From assembly GCA_000146465.1 (NCBI GenBank), contig CP001944.1: 64,000 nt of DNA; one strand, written 5' to 3'. Below are positions 20,045 through 29,646 of this stretch, one piece after another. The stretch's first letter is position 1. Every line of letters starts with the position of its first letter. The translations under genes and the position numbers were made by a program. The notes beneath the pieces were generated by a model, which was given only the letters and a program-made list of their open reading frames with translations, was not told the DNA's origin and ran no database searches.

Positions 20045-21082
20045 ATGGGGATCAAGCAGTTATCCAAGCTCCTGAAAGAGAATTGTGCGAAAGGAATTAA
20101 AGAAAGGCCTTTGGCATACTACTCGTCGAAGAGAATAGCAATTGACGCTTCGATGTCGATGTACCAGTTTCTGATAGCTGTTAGATCTGATGGATCATCA
20201 CTGGGAAACGAAGACTCCCCAACATCGCATCTTGTAGGATTTTTCTACAGGACTATCCGGATGGTGGAGCTAGGAATAATACCTGTGTATGTATTTGATG
20301 GAGTACCTCCCGAGGTTAAGATGAAGGAGCTAGAGAAAAGAAGCGAAAGAAGAGCAGCAGCTGATAAAGAGTACAAAGAGGCGTCTGAAATGGGGGACAA
20401 GAAGCTTATGGAGATGTACGACAAGAGAAAGACAAAGGTGACTGGGATGCATGTTGAGGAGTGCAAGAGACTTCTTGGGCTGATGGGGATACCGTTTGAA
20501 ACAGCACCCAGCGAGGCAGAGGCATACTGTGCTTTCCTATGCAAGAAGAAGGCTGTGTACGGTGTTGCAACAGAGGACATGGATGCTCTGACATTTGGGT
20601 CACCTGTGGTGTTGAGAAACTTCAGTGGCTCCCAGAGCAGAAAGCTTCCTATTGTAGAATACAACCTCCCGGAGCTATTGGAAAGCCTTTCCTTGGAGCA
20701 CGAAGAGTTTATTGACTTGTGCATTCTCCTCGGATGTGATTACTGTGGCACATTGAAAGGAATAGGGCCTAAGAGAGCACTGGGGTTGATTAAAAAGCAT
20801 GGGGGCATTGAGAAGATTCTCCAGAGCGAGAATTTGGAGGTTCCCGACGGCTGGAGATATAGGGATGCCCAGAGGATATTTGGAAGTCTTCCGGAAATTG
20901 GAGATGCAAGAGAGTTTAATATTTCATGGGGGTCGATAGACAGAAATGGGATTGTGAGCTTCCTTGTTGAAGAGAAGGGATTTGACTTGGAAAGAGTCAA
21001 CAGAGGGATTGAAAAGCTTGTGAACTCTCGAAAGAAAGGGGTCCAAGGGCGTCTAGATGGGTTCATAGCAAGGAGCAGGTGA
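20045..21082 (+). CDS. FEN1: Flap endonuclease 1 (FEN1/Rad27).
   Basis: MGIKQLSKLL, IAIDASMSMYQFLIAV, and XPG-N/XPG-I motifs (GIPFETAPSEAEAYCAFL). ATG start. Confidence 0.95.
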   Translation: MGIKQLSKLLKENCAKGIKERPLAYYSSKRIAIDASMSMYQFLIAVRSDGSSLGNEDSPTSHLVGFFYRTIRMVELGIIPVYVFDGVPPEVKMKELEKRSERRAAADKEYKEASEMGDKKLMEMYDKRKTKVTGMHVEECKRLLGLMGIPFETAPSEAEAYCAFLCKKKAVYGVATEDMDALTFGSPVVLRNFSGSQSRKLPIVEYNLPELLESLSLEHEEFIDLCILLGCDYCGTLKGIGPKRALGLIKKHGGIEKILQSENLEVPDGWRYRDAQRIFGSLPEIGDAREFNISWGSIDRNGIVSFLVEEKGFDLERVNRGIEKLVNSRKKGVQGRLDGFIARSR

Positions 21083-21096
21083 GTCTTCTATGGCAG

Positions 21097-21948
21097 TTAC
21101 AGGTTTTTATACATCAAGTTCCTCAGATACAATGGCCTACAACCAGACACGTGCTTTTTGAAGCTGGACATATCCACAAGTAGAACACCCTCCCTGTCTA
21201 TGAGACCGAAGTCAAGAATGTCAAGGAAGTAAAATAGGATTTCCATGTTAGTTACTCCCCTGAGCTCGTTGGCATCTGATGTAAAGGCCCGAAACTCTGG
21301 CACACAGCTGATATACTTTATTCTTCTTTTGAATGCCATCATTGTAAGGGCCACATGGACAGGGTTCAGTAAGGAGTATAGAGTTTCTATGGAGTATTCT
21401 GGAATGGAGTACTTTTTCAAGACTATTTTCTTCAACAGAACTGAAATGCTTGGATCGATATTGTATTGTCTCTGGATTTCTTCTTCATTGTCTGTGGCGG
21501 CAAGTTGCATATGCAGAGTTCTGTATAGCTCAAAAGGAAGAAAACCTGTGAAAAATATCCGGTGATTGAATCTTGACTTGATACGCCTTTCCAGTCTGTC
21601 CAGAGAAGTGCACGAGTTCGATACAAGAAGCAGGCAGCAGGGATGGGTCCTGGTCTTTTCAAGATAATGGTATACGTGCAGCTGACGGGAAATGGGCATT
21701 TCTCCCTCTATATCAATAAAAAAAACCTTTCCGTCGGGACTTTCGTCTTTTGGAGTGGTTGGGAGGACTTTAACCACTGTTCTGCTTATCTTTTCTGCAT
21801 GGCTCTTCACCACCCCAACGATTGCTTGAAGTATTTCTTGGTCTGGCCCACACAGGAGAAGATGCTCCCCATTTTTGTCAATCAGACGTGTTATCTCGCA
21901 GATGGTTTCCTTGAAGCACTCTCCGACAATCTTTGCTGTGCCATACAT
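21097..21948 (-). CDS. Degenerate AAA+ protein, ORC subunit-like (possibly ORC4/ORC5).
   Basis: Walker-A-like LLLCGPDQ lacks the GKT. The box-VII region (HVYHYLEKTRTHPCCLLLVSNSCTSLDRLERRIKSRFNHRIFF) resembles ORC4 (LDILE..EKRVKSRFSHR). The family assignment is tentative. Confidence 0.45.
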   Translation of the reverse strand: MYGTAKIVGECFKETICEITRLIDKNGEHLLLCGPDQEILQAIVGVVKSHAEKISRTVVKVLPTTPKDESPDGKVFFIDIEGEMPISRQLHVYHYLEKTRTHPCCLLLVSNSCTSLDRLERRIKSRFNHRIFFTGFLPFELYRTLHMQLAATDNEEEIQRQYNIDPSISVLLKKIVLKKYSIPEYSIETLYSLLNPVHVALTMMAFKRRIKYISCVPEFRAFTSDANELRGVTNMEILFYFLDILDFGLIDREGVLLVDMSSFKKHVSGCRPLYLRNLMYKNL

Positions 21949-21979
21949 CGGGGACGCAAAAAGAGTTGGTCTTGAACAG

Positions 21980-21985
21980 AAAAAA
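21980..21985 (-). terminator. Pol III terminator T-run for tRNA-Phe.
   Basis: Six A on the plus strand (TTTTTT on the minus strand) lie immediately 3' of the tRNA. Confidence 0.6.
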
Positions 21986-22057
21986 TGCTAGATCCCGGGT
22001 TCGAACCGGGGACACCTAGATCTTCAGTCTAGTGCTCTTCCACTGAGCTAATCCAGC
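21986..22057 (-). tRNA. tRNA-Phe (GAA).
   Basis: The reverse complement reads GCTGGATTAGCTCAGTGGAAGAGCACTAGACTGAAGATCTAGGTGTCCCCGGTTCGAACCCGGGATCTAGCA. It folds as a cloverleaf with a 7-bp acceptor stem, anticodon loop CTGAAGA (GAA), and T-loop GGTTCGAAC. I see no intron. Hand-read coordinates, about 1 nt uncertainty. Confidence 0.9.
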
Positions 22058-22132
22058 TATAAAGTCCATCCCACCAATACTTCCAGACTCTGCCCCCACA
22101 TAATCATCGTTCTGTTTACCTTGAGCCCAGGA

Positions 22133-24268
22133 ATGGATCACGATCCCAACAACGCCTCTTTAAGAGATCTCCTCTCTTCCCCACACACAGATCTTCTTCA
22201 GATAATGCAGTACATGCATGAACATCCATCTGTAGGCGTCTGGCAATACATATGCAGTAGAATTAGACATTCCAGTCCCCAGATTCGATACCTTCCTCAG
22301 CTTGTCCATGTGTTTCTCTACAACAAAGATAGAATGTCTAGCAAGCCAATGCACGCTCTCCTTAGTCACTGGGCTGGAAAAGATAGGGAGTTTTGCTGTG
22401 CACTATACTTCCATCTGAGAAGCGCTCTTGAAAGCAACAGCGACATAAGATCTATATCTTGCTACTTTCTGATCTGCGACATATTCGAGACCGAAAGAAA
22501 GAGGATGTGCCGGAACACAAGGATCCTGGAGCTGCAGTATAGATACAAGACAAAAACCGGTAGAACCCTTGGAACACTTGTTGCAAGAAAGGGATATCCT
22601 CCCCTTCGAGGAATCCTCCTGTTCTTTGTGAAAGCCGTGTCATGGATGGTTCATCCAAGACTCTTTAAGAGAATCCATGATTATGAAGAAATGTTCCTGG
22701 AAACAAGAGAGGTATGTAACATCAATGTGAAAAGGGATTTAAGATTTGGGAATGCATTCGATGGCCCCGGAGTAAGCTCAAGCATCTCGTTTCTCGAGTC
22801 CCTAGTTGAGATCCCAAGTAGGTTGAAGAAGCTCCCTCGGCACTTAAGGCAAAGAGGACTAGACATGGAGATCAAGCTTCTAAACCATAACCTGCCTGCA
22901 AAGGTATCTCTTCCATTCCATTCGGGAAGGTTTGTGCTGACTGCTAGAGTCGAGGAATCGTTTCTACTAGATTCGGCAGAAAACTCTCCTTTTCTCGTTG
23001 TATTTGAGACTGCACTAGAAGTGCCAAGAAGAAGTTGTGCAAAAGAGGAGATCAAAGATGCATTGTTTTTGAAGCAACAGCTGGACGCAGTCAATGGGCT
23101 TTCCTCTCTAAGCGAGATAAATGTTGTTAAGGAGAATGTGATGACCTCTATAGAAAAGATTCTGATGACCGAAAGATACGAAAATACTTCTCTTGAGAAC
23201 TCTCCAAACTTGGAGGCTTGGAGAAGTGATGAAGAAAAAATAGACAAACATCTAGATGACATTCATGTTCAGCAGAAGATTTCTAAGAATTCTGTTGATG
23301 CAGGAATGCTTTTTATGAACCATAGATCGTACTCTGCAGGACAGTTAGCAGAAGGAAATAGCTCCTTTGGAAAGAGCGAGGAGGAAAAGAAGCTTGGAGG
23401 CTCGGCAAGCTATAGGCGCCATAGCGGATGGATACTTAAGAAAGCTGAACTTAGAAGAACCTCTTTGTTCAATGATGTTGCTGGATGGACGGCAGAGTCC
23501 GTGATTGTAAAGACAGGAAACTCTCTAAGACAGGAGCTAATGGCCCACCAGGTTCTTCAAGAAATGAAGAAAATCTGGAGAAAAGAGAATAGTCCTATTT
23601 GGGTCCAAGCTTATCAGATCTACCTTGTAAGTGACACTAGTGGAATAATAGAGACGGTGGTGGATGCTTTGTCAATACACAAGATCAAGAAAAAGATGAT
23701 GTCGGAAAATAAGAATTACTCTCTGAAGAACTACTTCACAGAGTCCTTCGAGCCAAACAGCGAAAAGTACAGGAGCTGCTTGCGAAACTTCCTCTACTCT
23801 CTTGTGGGATACTCCCTAGCCACATACATTCTACAGGTCAAGGACAGACATAACGGAAACATAATGATTGATGGGCAAGGGCATATCATCCATGTTGACT
23901 TTGGATTTATAATGGGAAATCATCCGGGTTTCTACTGTGTCGAAGCAGCGCCATTCAAATTCTCAAAAGAGTATCTTGAGCTCCTCGAGGGTCTGATGGA
24001 TGAGTTCAAGGACCTGTTTCTTCAGGGGTACATGGCACTGAGAAAGCACAGCAGCAGTCTTTTCAGGATCATGGAGACGATGCCAGGAAGCTCTAGTGTA
24101 GAGTGCTTCAACAGGAGAGAGCTTCAAAACTTCAAGGATAGGTTTCGGATGGATCTCAACGAGGAGAGGGTTGAGGAACACGTGACATACTTGATAAATA
24201 AGAGCCTTAACAGTATGGGAACGGGGCTGTACGATTCCTACCAATACTTTTCATATGGATATCTTTAG
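22133..24268 (+). CDS. PIK1: Phosphatidylinositol 4-kinase, Pik1/PI4KIII-beta type.
   Basis: C-terminal PI3/4-kinase catalytic domain (GYSLATYILQVKDRHNGNIMIDGQGHIIHVDFGFIMGNHPG). First ATG at 22133; the track starts at TTG 22121. Confidence 0.9.
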   Translation: MDHDPNNASLRDLLSSPHTDLLQIMQYMHEHPSVGVWQYICSRIRHSSPQIRYLPQLVHVFLYNKDRMSSKPMHALLSHWAGKDREFCCALYFHLRSALESNSDIRSISCYFLICDIFETERKRMCRNTRILELQYRYKTKTGRTLGTLVARKGYPPLRGILLFFVKAVSWMVHPRLFKRIHDYEEMFLETREVCNINVKRDLRFGNAFDGPGVSSSISFLESLVEIPSRLKKLPRHLRQRGLDMEIKLLNHNLPAKVSLPFHSGRFVLTARVEESFLLDSAENSPFLVVFETALEVPRRSCAKEEIKDALFLKQQLDAVNGLSSLSEINVVKENVMTSIEKILMTERYENTSLENSPNLEAWRSDEEKIDKHLDDIHVQQKISKNSVDAGMLFMNHRSYSAGQLAEGNSSFGKSEEEKKLGGSASYRRHSGWILKKAELRRTSLFNDVAGWTAESVIVKTGNSLRQELMAHQVLQEMKKIWRKENSPIWVQAYQIYLVSDTSGIIETVVDALSIHKIKKKMMSENKNYSLKNYFTESFEPNSEKYRSCLRNFLYSLVGYSLATYILQVKDRHNGNIMIDGQGHIIHVDFGFIMGNHPGFYCVEAAPFKFSKEYLELLEGLMDEFKDLFLQGYMALRKHSSSLFRIMETMPGSSSVECFNRRELQNFKDRFRMDLNEERVEEHVTYLINKSLNSMGTGLYDSYQYFSYGYL

Positions 24269-24309
24269 ACAAGGATTAAACAACTTTTTGGACGAAGGGG
24301 ATCTTTATT

Positions 24310-25143
24310 ATGTTGCTTAGAAGAGTTCGGCTACCAAACAAGCCGCTGGTGATATTGTCTTGGAAGAACTCTGTATACATTGGAGATGCCCACGGAGTTG
24401 TGTATGAGATGAAGCATCCGTATATTGCTCCAGTGGCCATATTCCAATCTCCAGGACCGGTATCTGCGTTGGATGGAGCAGAATGCCTGTACTATGGGAA
24501 TTGGGATGGAGACATAGGAATAGTTGGCGGAGGAAAGATTAATCTGGGAAACCATATGGTGAAGTGCATGGTTGTTCACGGAGACACAGTGTATGCCTCG
24601 GTGGGTTTGATGGTATATGGTCTAAGTCTTGAATTGAAGATAAAGTGTTCTTACGAGGTTAAGCACAAGGTTTTGTGTATGACTTCCTTCCAAGGGTCGG
24701 TCTATTGTGGCATGGGAGTGTCATTTCTATCACGCATTCATAATGGGCTTGAGATTGTTGGAAGGAGTTTGCATGATACCTCGATCTTTTGCATTTCAGG
24801 AGAGTATACCGGATCTGCAGACGGAAAAGTCCTAAAGCAGGATTACGATGAATTAGAGAATGCTAAAGAGATCTACAGAGGGAAAAACTGGATCAGATCA
24901 ATGTACAACCAGCATTTATTTTCTGATGGAAGAGATGTAATGGGTGACATTGATGGTCTGAAGGGAAGCTTGGGGAGCGGAGTAAAGCTCATGTATTCTC
25001 ATGAAGAAGATGTGGTGGGAGTGGTTAGAGTAGGAGGCATGATTATCTCGATTGGACTGGACTACTGCTGCACCATCCTTGAAGTGGAGCCAAGCCTCAG
25101 CATGGAGGAAGAAAAGGAACTAGCGGAGCTTATGAACGGATAG
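24310..25143 (+). CDS. Hypothetical protein, 277 aa, possibly beta-rich or propeller-like.
   Basis: ATG-started ORF. No recognisable motif. Confidence 0.5.
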   Translation: MLLRRVRLPNKPLVILSWKNSVYIGDAHGVVYEMKHPYIAPVAIFQSPGPVSALDGAECLYYGNWDGDIGIVGGGKINLGNHMVKCMVVHGDTVYASVGLMVYGLSLELKIKCSYEVKHKVLCMTSFQGSVYCGMGVSFLSRIHNGLEIVGRSLHDTSIFCISGEYTGSADGKVLKQDYDELENAKEIYRGKNWIRSMYNQHLFSDGRDVMGDIDGLKGSLGSGVKLMYSHEEDVVGVVRVGGMIISIGLDYCCTILEVEPSLSMEEEKELAELMNG

Positions 25144-25222
25144 GGTGTTCTGTTTAACAGAATGTGGAAGCCTATTTGTTATGACAATGCTTAAGGCCTA
25201 GGAAGTCGTAAACAAAGCCAAA

Positions 25223-25477
25223 ATGTTTCTGCCTCCTGAAGCAAACACAAGGGAGAGAAGAAGATTTGATCTGGACGACCTCCGGGTTTACTATCTAATA
25301 TGTGAGGAGCTTGGGATAGCTGAGGAGGAGCACATCCAAAAATCTTTCTATTACCTTATGAAATGGGCAGGGCAAGATAAGTTTGATGGAGAGGTGGGGC
25401 TTCTTAGGAATTACATAATGAAGATTAGAAAAGAAAAGCAAAATAAGCCTGGTGAGTGGAGCATGCTAAGGATGTAA
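25223..25477 (+). CDS. Hypothetical small protein, 84 aa.
   Basis: ATG-started ORF filling an otherwise empty 430-bp interval. Charged helical composition; no family recognised. Confidence 0.3.
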   Translation: MFLPPEANTRERRRFDLDDLRVYYLICEELGIAEEEHIQKSFYYLMKWAGQDKFDGEVGLLRNYIMKIRKEKQNKPGEWSMLRM

Positions 25478-25570
25478 GAGAAGATGCTCCTTATACCCTA
25501 AATAAAAAAATCCAGATGGCTTCAGTCCTCCTTTCGCCAATTTGATTCCCCAATACTATTTTATTTATCA

Positions 25571-26080
25571 CTATCCACGAGTCTGGTAGACCATCAACAA
25601 GGCACATGAGAGAACAACAATTATAACAAACTCTATCATGCCGAACAGAATGATCAGGATCGGCAGAAAAGAAGGCTTTTCCGATAGAATTCTGAATCCT
25701 CGTTTTCCAAGGGCCGAGCAGACCTTCCCGGATATGGCTGCCGTCATCCCTACCATCATACATGCCGAGAAGTATGAAATGCTCTTTCCCATGTCTAGCT
25801 TTTCATCGATGTTGGTCGCGATGATTAAGGCAACAAGGAAGCTGCTGAAAAATATTGTTGATATCATTATCATGATAAAGTATGTGGGCCCGAGTATGGA
25901 TCTATTCTGACTGCATAGAATCGATGCTGCTCCCGAGGAAACCATGCCTTCGCATGCACCATAAACTGCAAGGGCTATCTCAATGGCAAGGCCCAAGGAG
26001 ACAATCGAGAGAGCTGTATCACTGTCACTGCCTGCCTCCATCGGAATGATGGGTCCCACCAACAAAAACATCAAATTCAT
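25571..26080 (-). CDS. VMA3: V-type ATPase proteolipid subunit c (16 kDa).
   Basis: Four hydrophobic helices with Gly/Ala-rich faces (SIVSLGLAIEIALAVYGACEGM, MVGMTAAISGKVCSALGKRGF). The conserved TM4 Glu lies in FLPILIILFGMIEFVIIVVL. Confidence 0.75.
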   Translation of the reverse strand: MNLMFLLVGPIIPMEAGSDSDTALSIVSLGLAIEIALAVYGACEGMVSSGAASILCSQNRSILGPTYFIMIMISTIFFSSFLVALIIATNIDEKLDMGKSISYFSACMMVGMTAAISGKVCSALGKRGFRILSEKPSFLPILIILFGMIEFVIIVVLSCALLMVYQTRG

Positions 26081-26112
26081 TCACTTTGAAAACAAGATCC
26101 CCGACGCTTTCA

Positions 26113-26721
26113 ATGGGGTTGCTTAAGTACCATGGGGTGACCGAGCTGTCGGGAAAGCCTGGATCTGGAAAGACTGCCATTGCCATCGAGGAGTCGAAGG
26201 AGTTTCCAACCATATATCTGACAACAACAGCGTTCTGCATAGAGAGATACAAGGGGTCGTCTAAAGAGGTGATGGATCGTGTGGTTATAAAGTACATCCC
26301 GACTATCGGGCATCTGGCATCTTTTGCTATGAACTCGATAGAGAGGATTGTTGTGGAAAGTAACACCAGGTTGATTATCATAGATAGCTTGGATCATCTT
26401 CTTGCCACAGAAGGCATGGGGATGTCGCGGGGTGTTCTTTTTGGAATCATCAATAAGCTCAAAAGAGTGAGCCAAAAGCATTTGGTGAATATTTTGGTCG
26501 TTACATGTCACTACGGGACCTGGACTGTTGGGTCCTTTTGCATACCCAATCCTGTCCTTGGGCTTCAATGGATGTATATGGTGAACACGAAATACATTTG
26601 CAGCAGAAACGGAGAGAAAAGAACGCTTAAGCTTGTTCGTTCTCCTTTGGCAAGCTCTGGGACGTGGGAGTTTGAGATTGGGCCGTCTAGGGTATATATT
26701 GTGTCGGAAGCCTTTGAGTAA
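26113..26721 (+). CDS. Short RecA/Rad51-family paralog (XRCC2/Rad55-57-like).
   Basis: Walker A GKPGSGKTAIA and Walker B LIIIDSLDHLL. At about 200 aa it is too short for Rad51 or Dmc1 themselves. First ATG at 26113; it sits 32 bp from the divergent VMA3 start. Confidence 0.6.
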   Translation: MGLLKYHGVTELSGKPGSGKTAIAIEESKEFPTIYLTTTAFCIERYKGSSKEVMDRVVIKYIPTIGHLASFAMNSIERIVVESNTRLIIIDSLDHLLATEGMGMSRGVLFGIINKLKRVSQKHLVNILVVTCHYGTWTVGSFCIPNPVLGLQWMYMVNTKYICSRNGEKRTLKLVRSPLASSGTWEFEIGPSRVYIVSEAFE

Positions 26722-26777
26722 GGCCTATCTCACTGTCTCTAGTAAATATTTTATGCTTCTTAAACCGTTTATATTCC

Positions 26778-27149
26778 ATGACAGACAGAACAGGACCTCC
26801 TCTCAGGATCCTCTCGGATTCGCTCAGGAAGTTTAGATATATCTCTGGTGCCATGTTTTACGGCAGAAGGGAGGTGTCTCTCATAGAGGTTGCTGGAGTG
26901 TGTGTCCATAGAGATGGGAAGCTTGCTCGGATGCTAGATTTCTGTGGAGAGGTCCTGATTGAAACAGGAGGCCAAGAGATCTTCTTGGACTTGGCGTATC
27001 TGTTGGTGTGTAGAGTGTACATGAAAGATGGAAGAATGAACTTGTGTTGCAAATCCGCAAGGAGGCTGGGAATTTTTGAAGAGATGTTCTTTTGGGCAGA
27101 GGCTTCTAACCTAAGAAGATCATTAAAATACAACCGAAACAGACATTGA
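26778..27149 (+). CDS. Hypothetical small protein, 123 aa.
   Basis: ATG-started ORF. No recognised motif. Confidence 0.35.
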   Translation: MTDRTGPPLRILSDSLRKFRYISGAMFYGRREVSLIEVAGVCVHRDGKLARMLDFCGEVLIETGGQEIFLDLAYLLVCRVYMKDGRMNLCCKSARRLGIFEEMFFWAEASNLRRSLKYNRNRH

Positions 27150-27158
27150 AATTTAATA

Positions 27159-27677
27159 TTAAAGATTGCTTGTCTTCAGGTCCTTTGAGACGTTGGAAAC
27201 AATCTTGTTTTCAGGTTTTTCAAGTAGCTCCGGGTCCGAATACCCCATTTGGAGATGGACAGCATATTTGCTCCTGTCAAGAACCTCTTTACTGAATTCA
27301 ATCTTGGATTTGGTGGCAAGAGCAGGCCCAATAAATGGCCCTTTAAATATCTTTTCCTTTTGCAACTGCCTGCTTAGTGCATAAAGACATATGACAACCT
27401 GTTTCAGATCCTTTGCTTCAAATAGGTCGTTGGTCTGAAATAGCTCGTATTCATTCATCTTGAGTTTTTTAAGTCCGTTAATAAACGAGCATATGTTTTC
27501 CCTTTGCACAAATATTTGCTTGGACTCCTTATACTTGACATCGAGTTTTGAAACCTTATTAAGGAATCTGCAGAGCCTTACTCCATCCTTGAATAGGTCA
27601 TGGAATGTCCCAGCTTCAAACTTCTCTCCAAGGACAGTCTGGATCCATAGTGTCACTTCCTCTTGTTGCTTATCCAT
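27159..27677 (-). CDS. Calponin-homology (CH) domain protein, transgelin/Scp1-like.
   Basis: The N-terminal CH domain reads LWIQTVLGEKFEAGTFHDLFKDGVRLCRFLNKV. A C-terminal calponin-like repeat reads KYAVHLQMGYSD. Confidence 0.7.
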   Translation of the reverse strand: MDKQQEEVTLWIQTVLGEKFEAGTFHDLFKDGVRLCRFLNKVSKLDVKYKESKQIFVQRENICSFINGLKKLKMNEYELFQTNDLFEAKDLKQVVICLYALSRQLQKEKIFKGPFIGPALATKSKIEFSKEVLDRSKYAVHLQMGYSDPELLEKPENKIVSNVSKDLKTSNL

Positions 27678-27781
27678 TCCAGGGCATCTGTTTTATGATT
27701 TACTTATCAAACCAGCATCAACAAAAATTAAGGTTCAATAATATAGCCATCCAAAAGGGGAATAATTGAGACATGGAGATT

Positions 27782-29335
27782 TTATTGGGTTGCTCCCTTG
27801 GGCTTCTGGATAAGGAAGTCTAAGAATACAATCATGGTTACCACTGTTACAATGGAGGTGACCAATGTACTAAAGAGAAGCGACAGAACAAAAATCCCTG
27901 TCACTGCCCATGAGGCTGTGCAAGTGGTTAGAAGGAGGAATAAGAAGATTGTCTTAATGGCTCCCATTCGGTCTCTATGGAGATTGACTTTCTTTCCTTC
28001 AAGATCTGTGGTAAGGATTTCATATGTAACTTGTAAGCTCCCATGGCAAAGTCTGTTTATGAAGTATCTCTGTAAACCTATTGCTGAATCTCTTAATGTG
28101 TCAATGGGCCTTTGCTTTCTTCTGGAAAGGAAATGGCTCTTCAGGGCAAACGATCCTGAGTATTGCATCGAGAGAGAGTTCCCATTTTTGTACCACAGGT
28201 ACTTCATCTGGTCGTAGATATTCTCCTTATTTCCAATGTCGAAGTGGGAAAGTTGTTTGGAAAGAACATGCTCTCCAATGATGAACTGAGATATGTTTGT
28301 TCTGTCCAAGCAATCAATACAATTTGTACGAATAACACCATTTTGAGAACTTTCTGGCCCTTTGTATCCAAATAGGGAAAGAGTTTCGTCTACTAGACCC
28401 AGAAATCTCTCCTGAGTATCACCTTCGAAAATCCCTCCTTCCTCAAAGAAATTGAAGTGTACTCCCTTCTTGTTGTTTCCAAGCAATTCACTTTCATATG
28501 CATCGTGTAATTCTCCTTCGTATCCAGAGCTTCTTATGAGGTTCAGATATAAAACATCGCCATACTTGCTCCTCATTATGTCGTCGGCTAGGTGAAGTAT
28601 TTTCCTATTGCTGATAACTATCTTTGGATTGTATTCTCTCCCAAGAACATGCTTCCACATCAAAGGAATCGACCCTCGAACCTGTAGGTGCGATGTGGTC
28701 TTCTCCCCCTCATAAACAATCTGCTCCGTCTCAACATAGTTCGAGACATATCCCGATGAATCCGATCCTCTGGAAAAGTATCTTGCTCCTGCTCTTCTCC
28801 AAGACCTTCTTGAAATCAGTCTCAAACATACTGCTCCAACATCTATGGACCCAAAAAACCCCTGTATGCAGCTCAGAGAAAACAGAGATCCTTGATCTCC
28901 AACATGTTTTAGGAACCTCTCAAGTGGCAGGGAGTTGAAGAGGAAATCCAAGTCGTCGTCCTTCTTTATACTTATCGACTTGTGAAGGGGATATGTGCTG
29001 AAATAAATCCCTGTATTTCGGAGAAACTTTCTTACCTCTTTCATCTCACTTGAGAAGTTCTCTGTCTTCGACCTCTTTAGCCGAATGATTTCTACATCTT
29101 GGATCTCGTAGACAGCATGTTCATACATCATTCCTCTTAAAACAGCATCTACAACCAGAATGAGATAAGAGGACTTGGAAATCGTAACTATTCCATAAAC
29201 TCCGTATGAGTGATAAACAGACTTTCCCGAGTCCATCTTTTGTCTCTTCAAGATCAGAGTTGTGTTCTTATCGATATTCTCGAGCATGATTTCCTCTGGA
29301 GAGGTAGAGACTTTCAAACTTGTTCCCATATTCAT
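27782..29335 (-). CDS. SAC1: Sac1-type phosphoinositide phosphatase with a C-terminal TM anchor.
   Basis: Sac-domain catalytic motif RTNCIDCLDRTN (CX5R(T/S)). A C-terminal double-TM region follows (IFLFLLLTTCTASWAVTGIFVLSLLFSTLV). ATG start. Confidence 0.9.
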   Translation of the reverse strand: MNMGTSLKVSTSPEEIMLENIDKNTTLILKRQKMDSGKSVYHSYGVYGIVTISKSSYLILVVDAVLRGMMYEHAVYEIQDVEIIRLKRSKTENFSSEMKEVRKFLRNTGIYFSTYPLHKSISIKKDDDLDFLFNSLPLERFLKHVGDQGSLFSLSCIQGFFGSIDVGAVCLRLISRRSWRRAGARYFSRGSDSSGYVSNYVETEQIVYEGEKTTSHLQVRGSIPLMWKHVLGREYNPKIVISNRKILHLADDIMRSKYGDVLYLNLIRSSGYEGELHDAYESELLGNNKKGVHFNFFEEGGIFEGDTQERFLGLVDETLSLFGYKGPESSQNGVIRTNCIDCLDRTNISQFIIGEHVLSKQLSHFDIGNKENIYDQMKYLWYKNGNSLSMQYSGSFALKSHFLSRRKQRPIDTLRDSAIGLQRYFINRLCHGSLQVTYEILTTDLEGKKVNLHRDRMGAIKTIFLFLLLTTCTASWAVTGIFVLSLLFSTLVTSIVTVVTMIVFLDFLIQKPKGATQ

Positions 29336-29646
29336 TCCAGGGGTCTTCAGGGTTGGGAAAATATTGATTATATGAAATAATGATTTATCTCATCATAGAC
29401 CAAGAATTTTGAAAGTAGAGGAGATATGAAGCGAAAGGGTAGTATAAAGAACAAGAAAAAAAGAAAGGCGAAAATTATATCTTCTACAAGCAATGGCATG
29501 CAGTGTCCATTGGTCGATCCCATTATACAAGAGAGATAAGTAAGTCTCCTTGCAGCAGACCTAGCAGTTTCCTCTCCCTAATTAACTTGTTAAAGAAATA
29601 TAATTTATCTTTCGGTCTCTTAAATAATTCGAAAATTGTTGGGGGT

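Noticed and set aside
22681-23262. 193-aa minus-strand ORF.
   Set aside because: It is antisense to the PI 4-kinase gene and has a serine/leucine-rich shadow composition.
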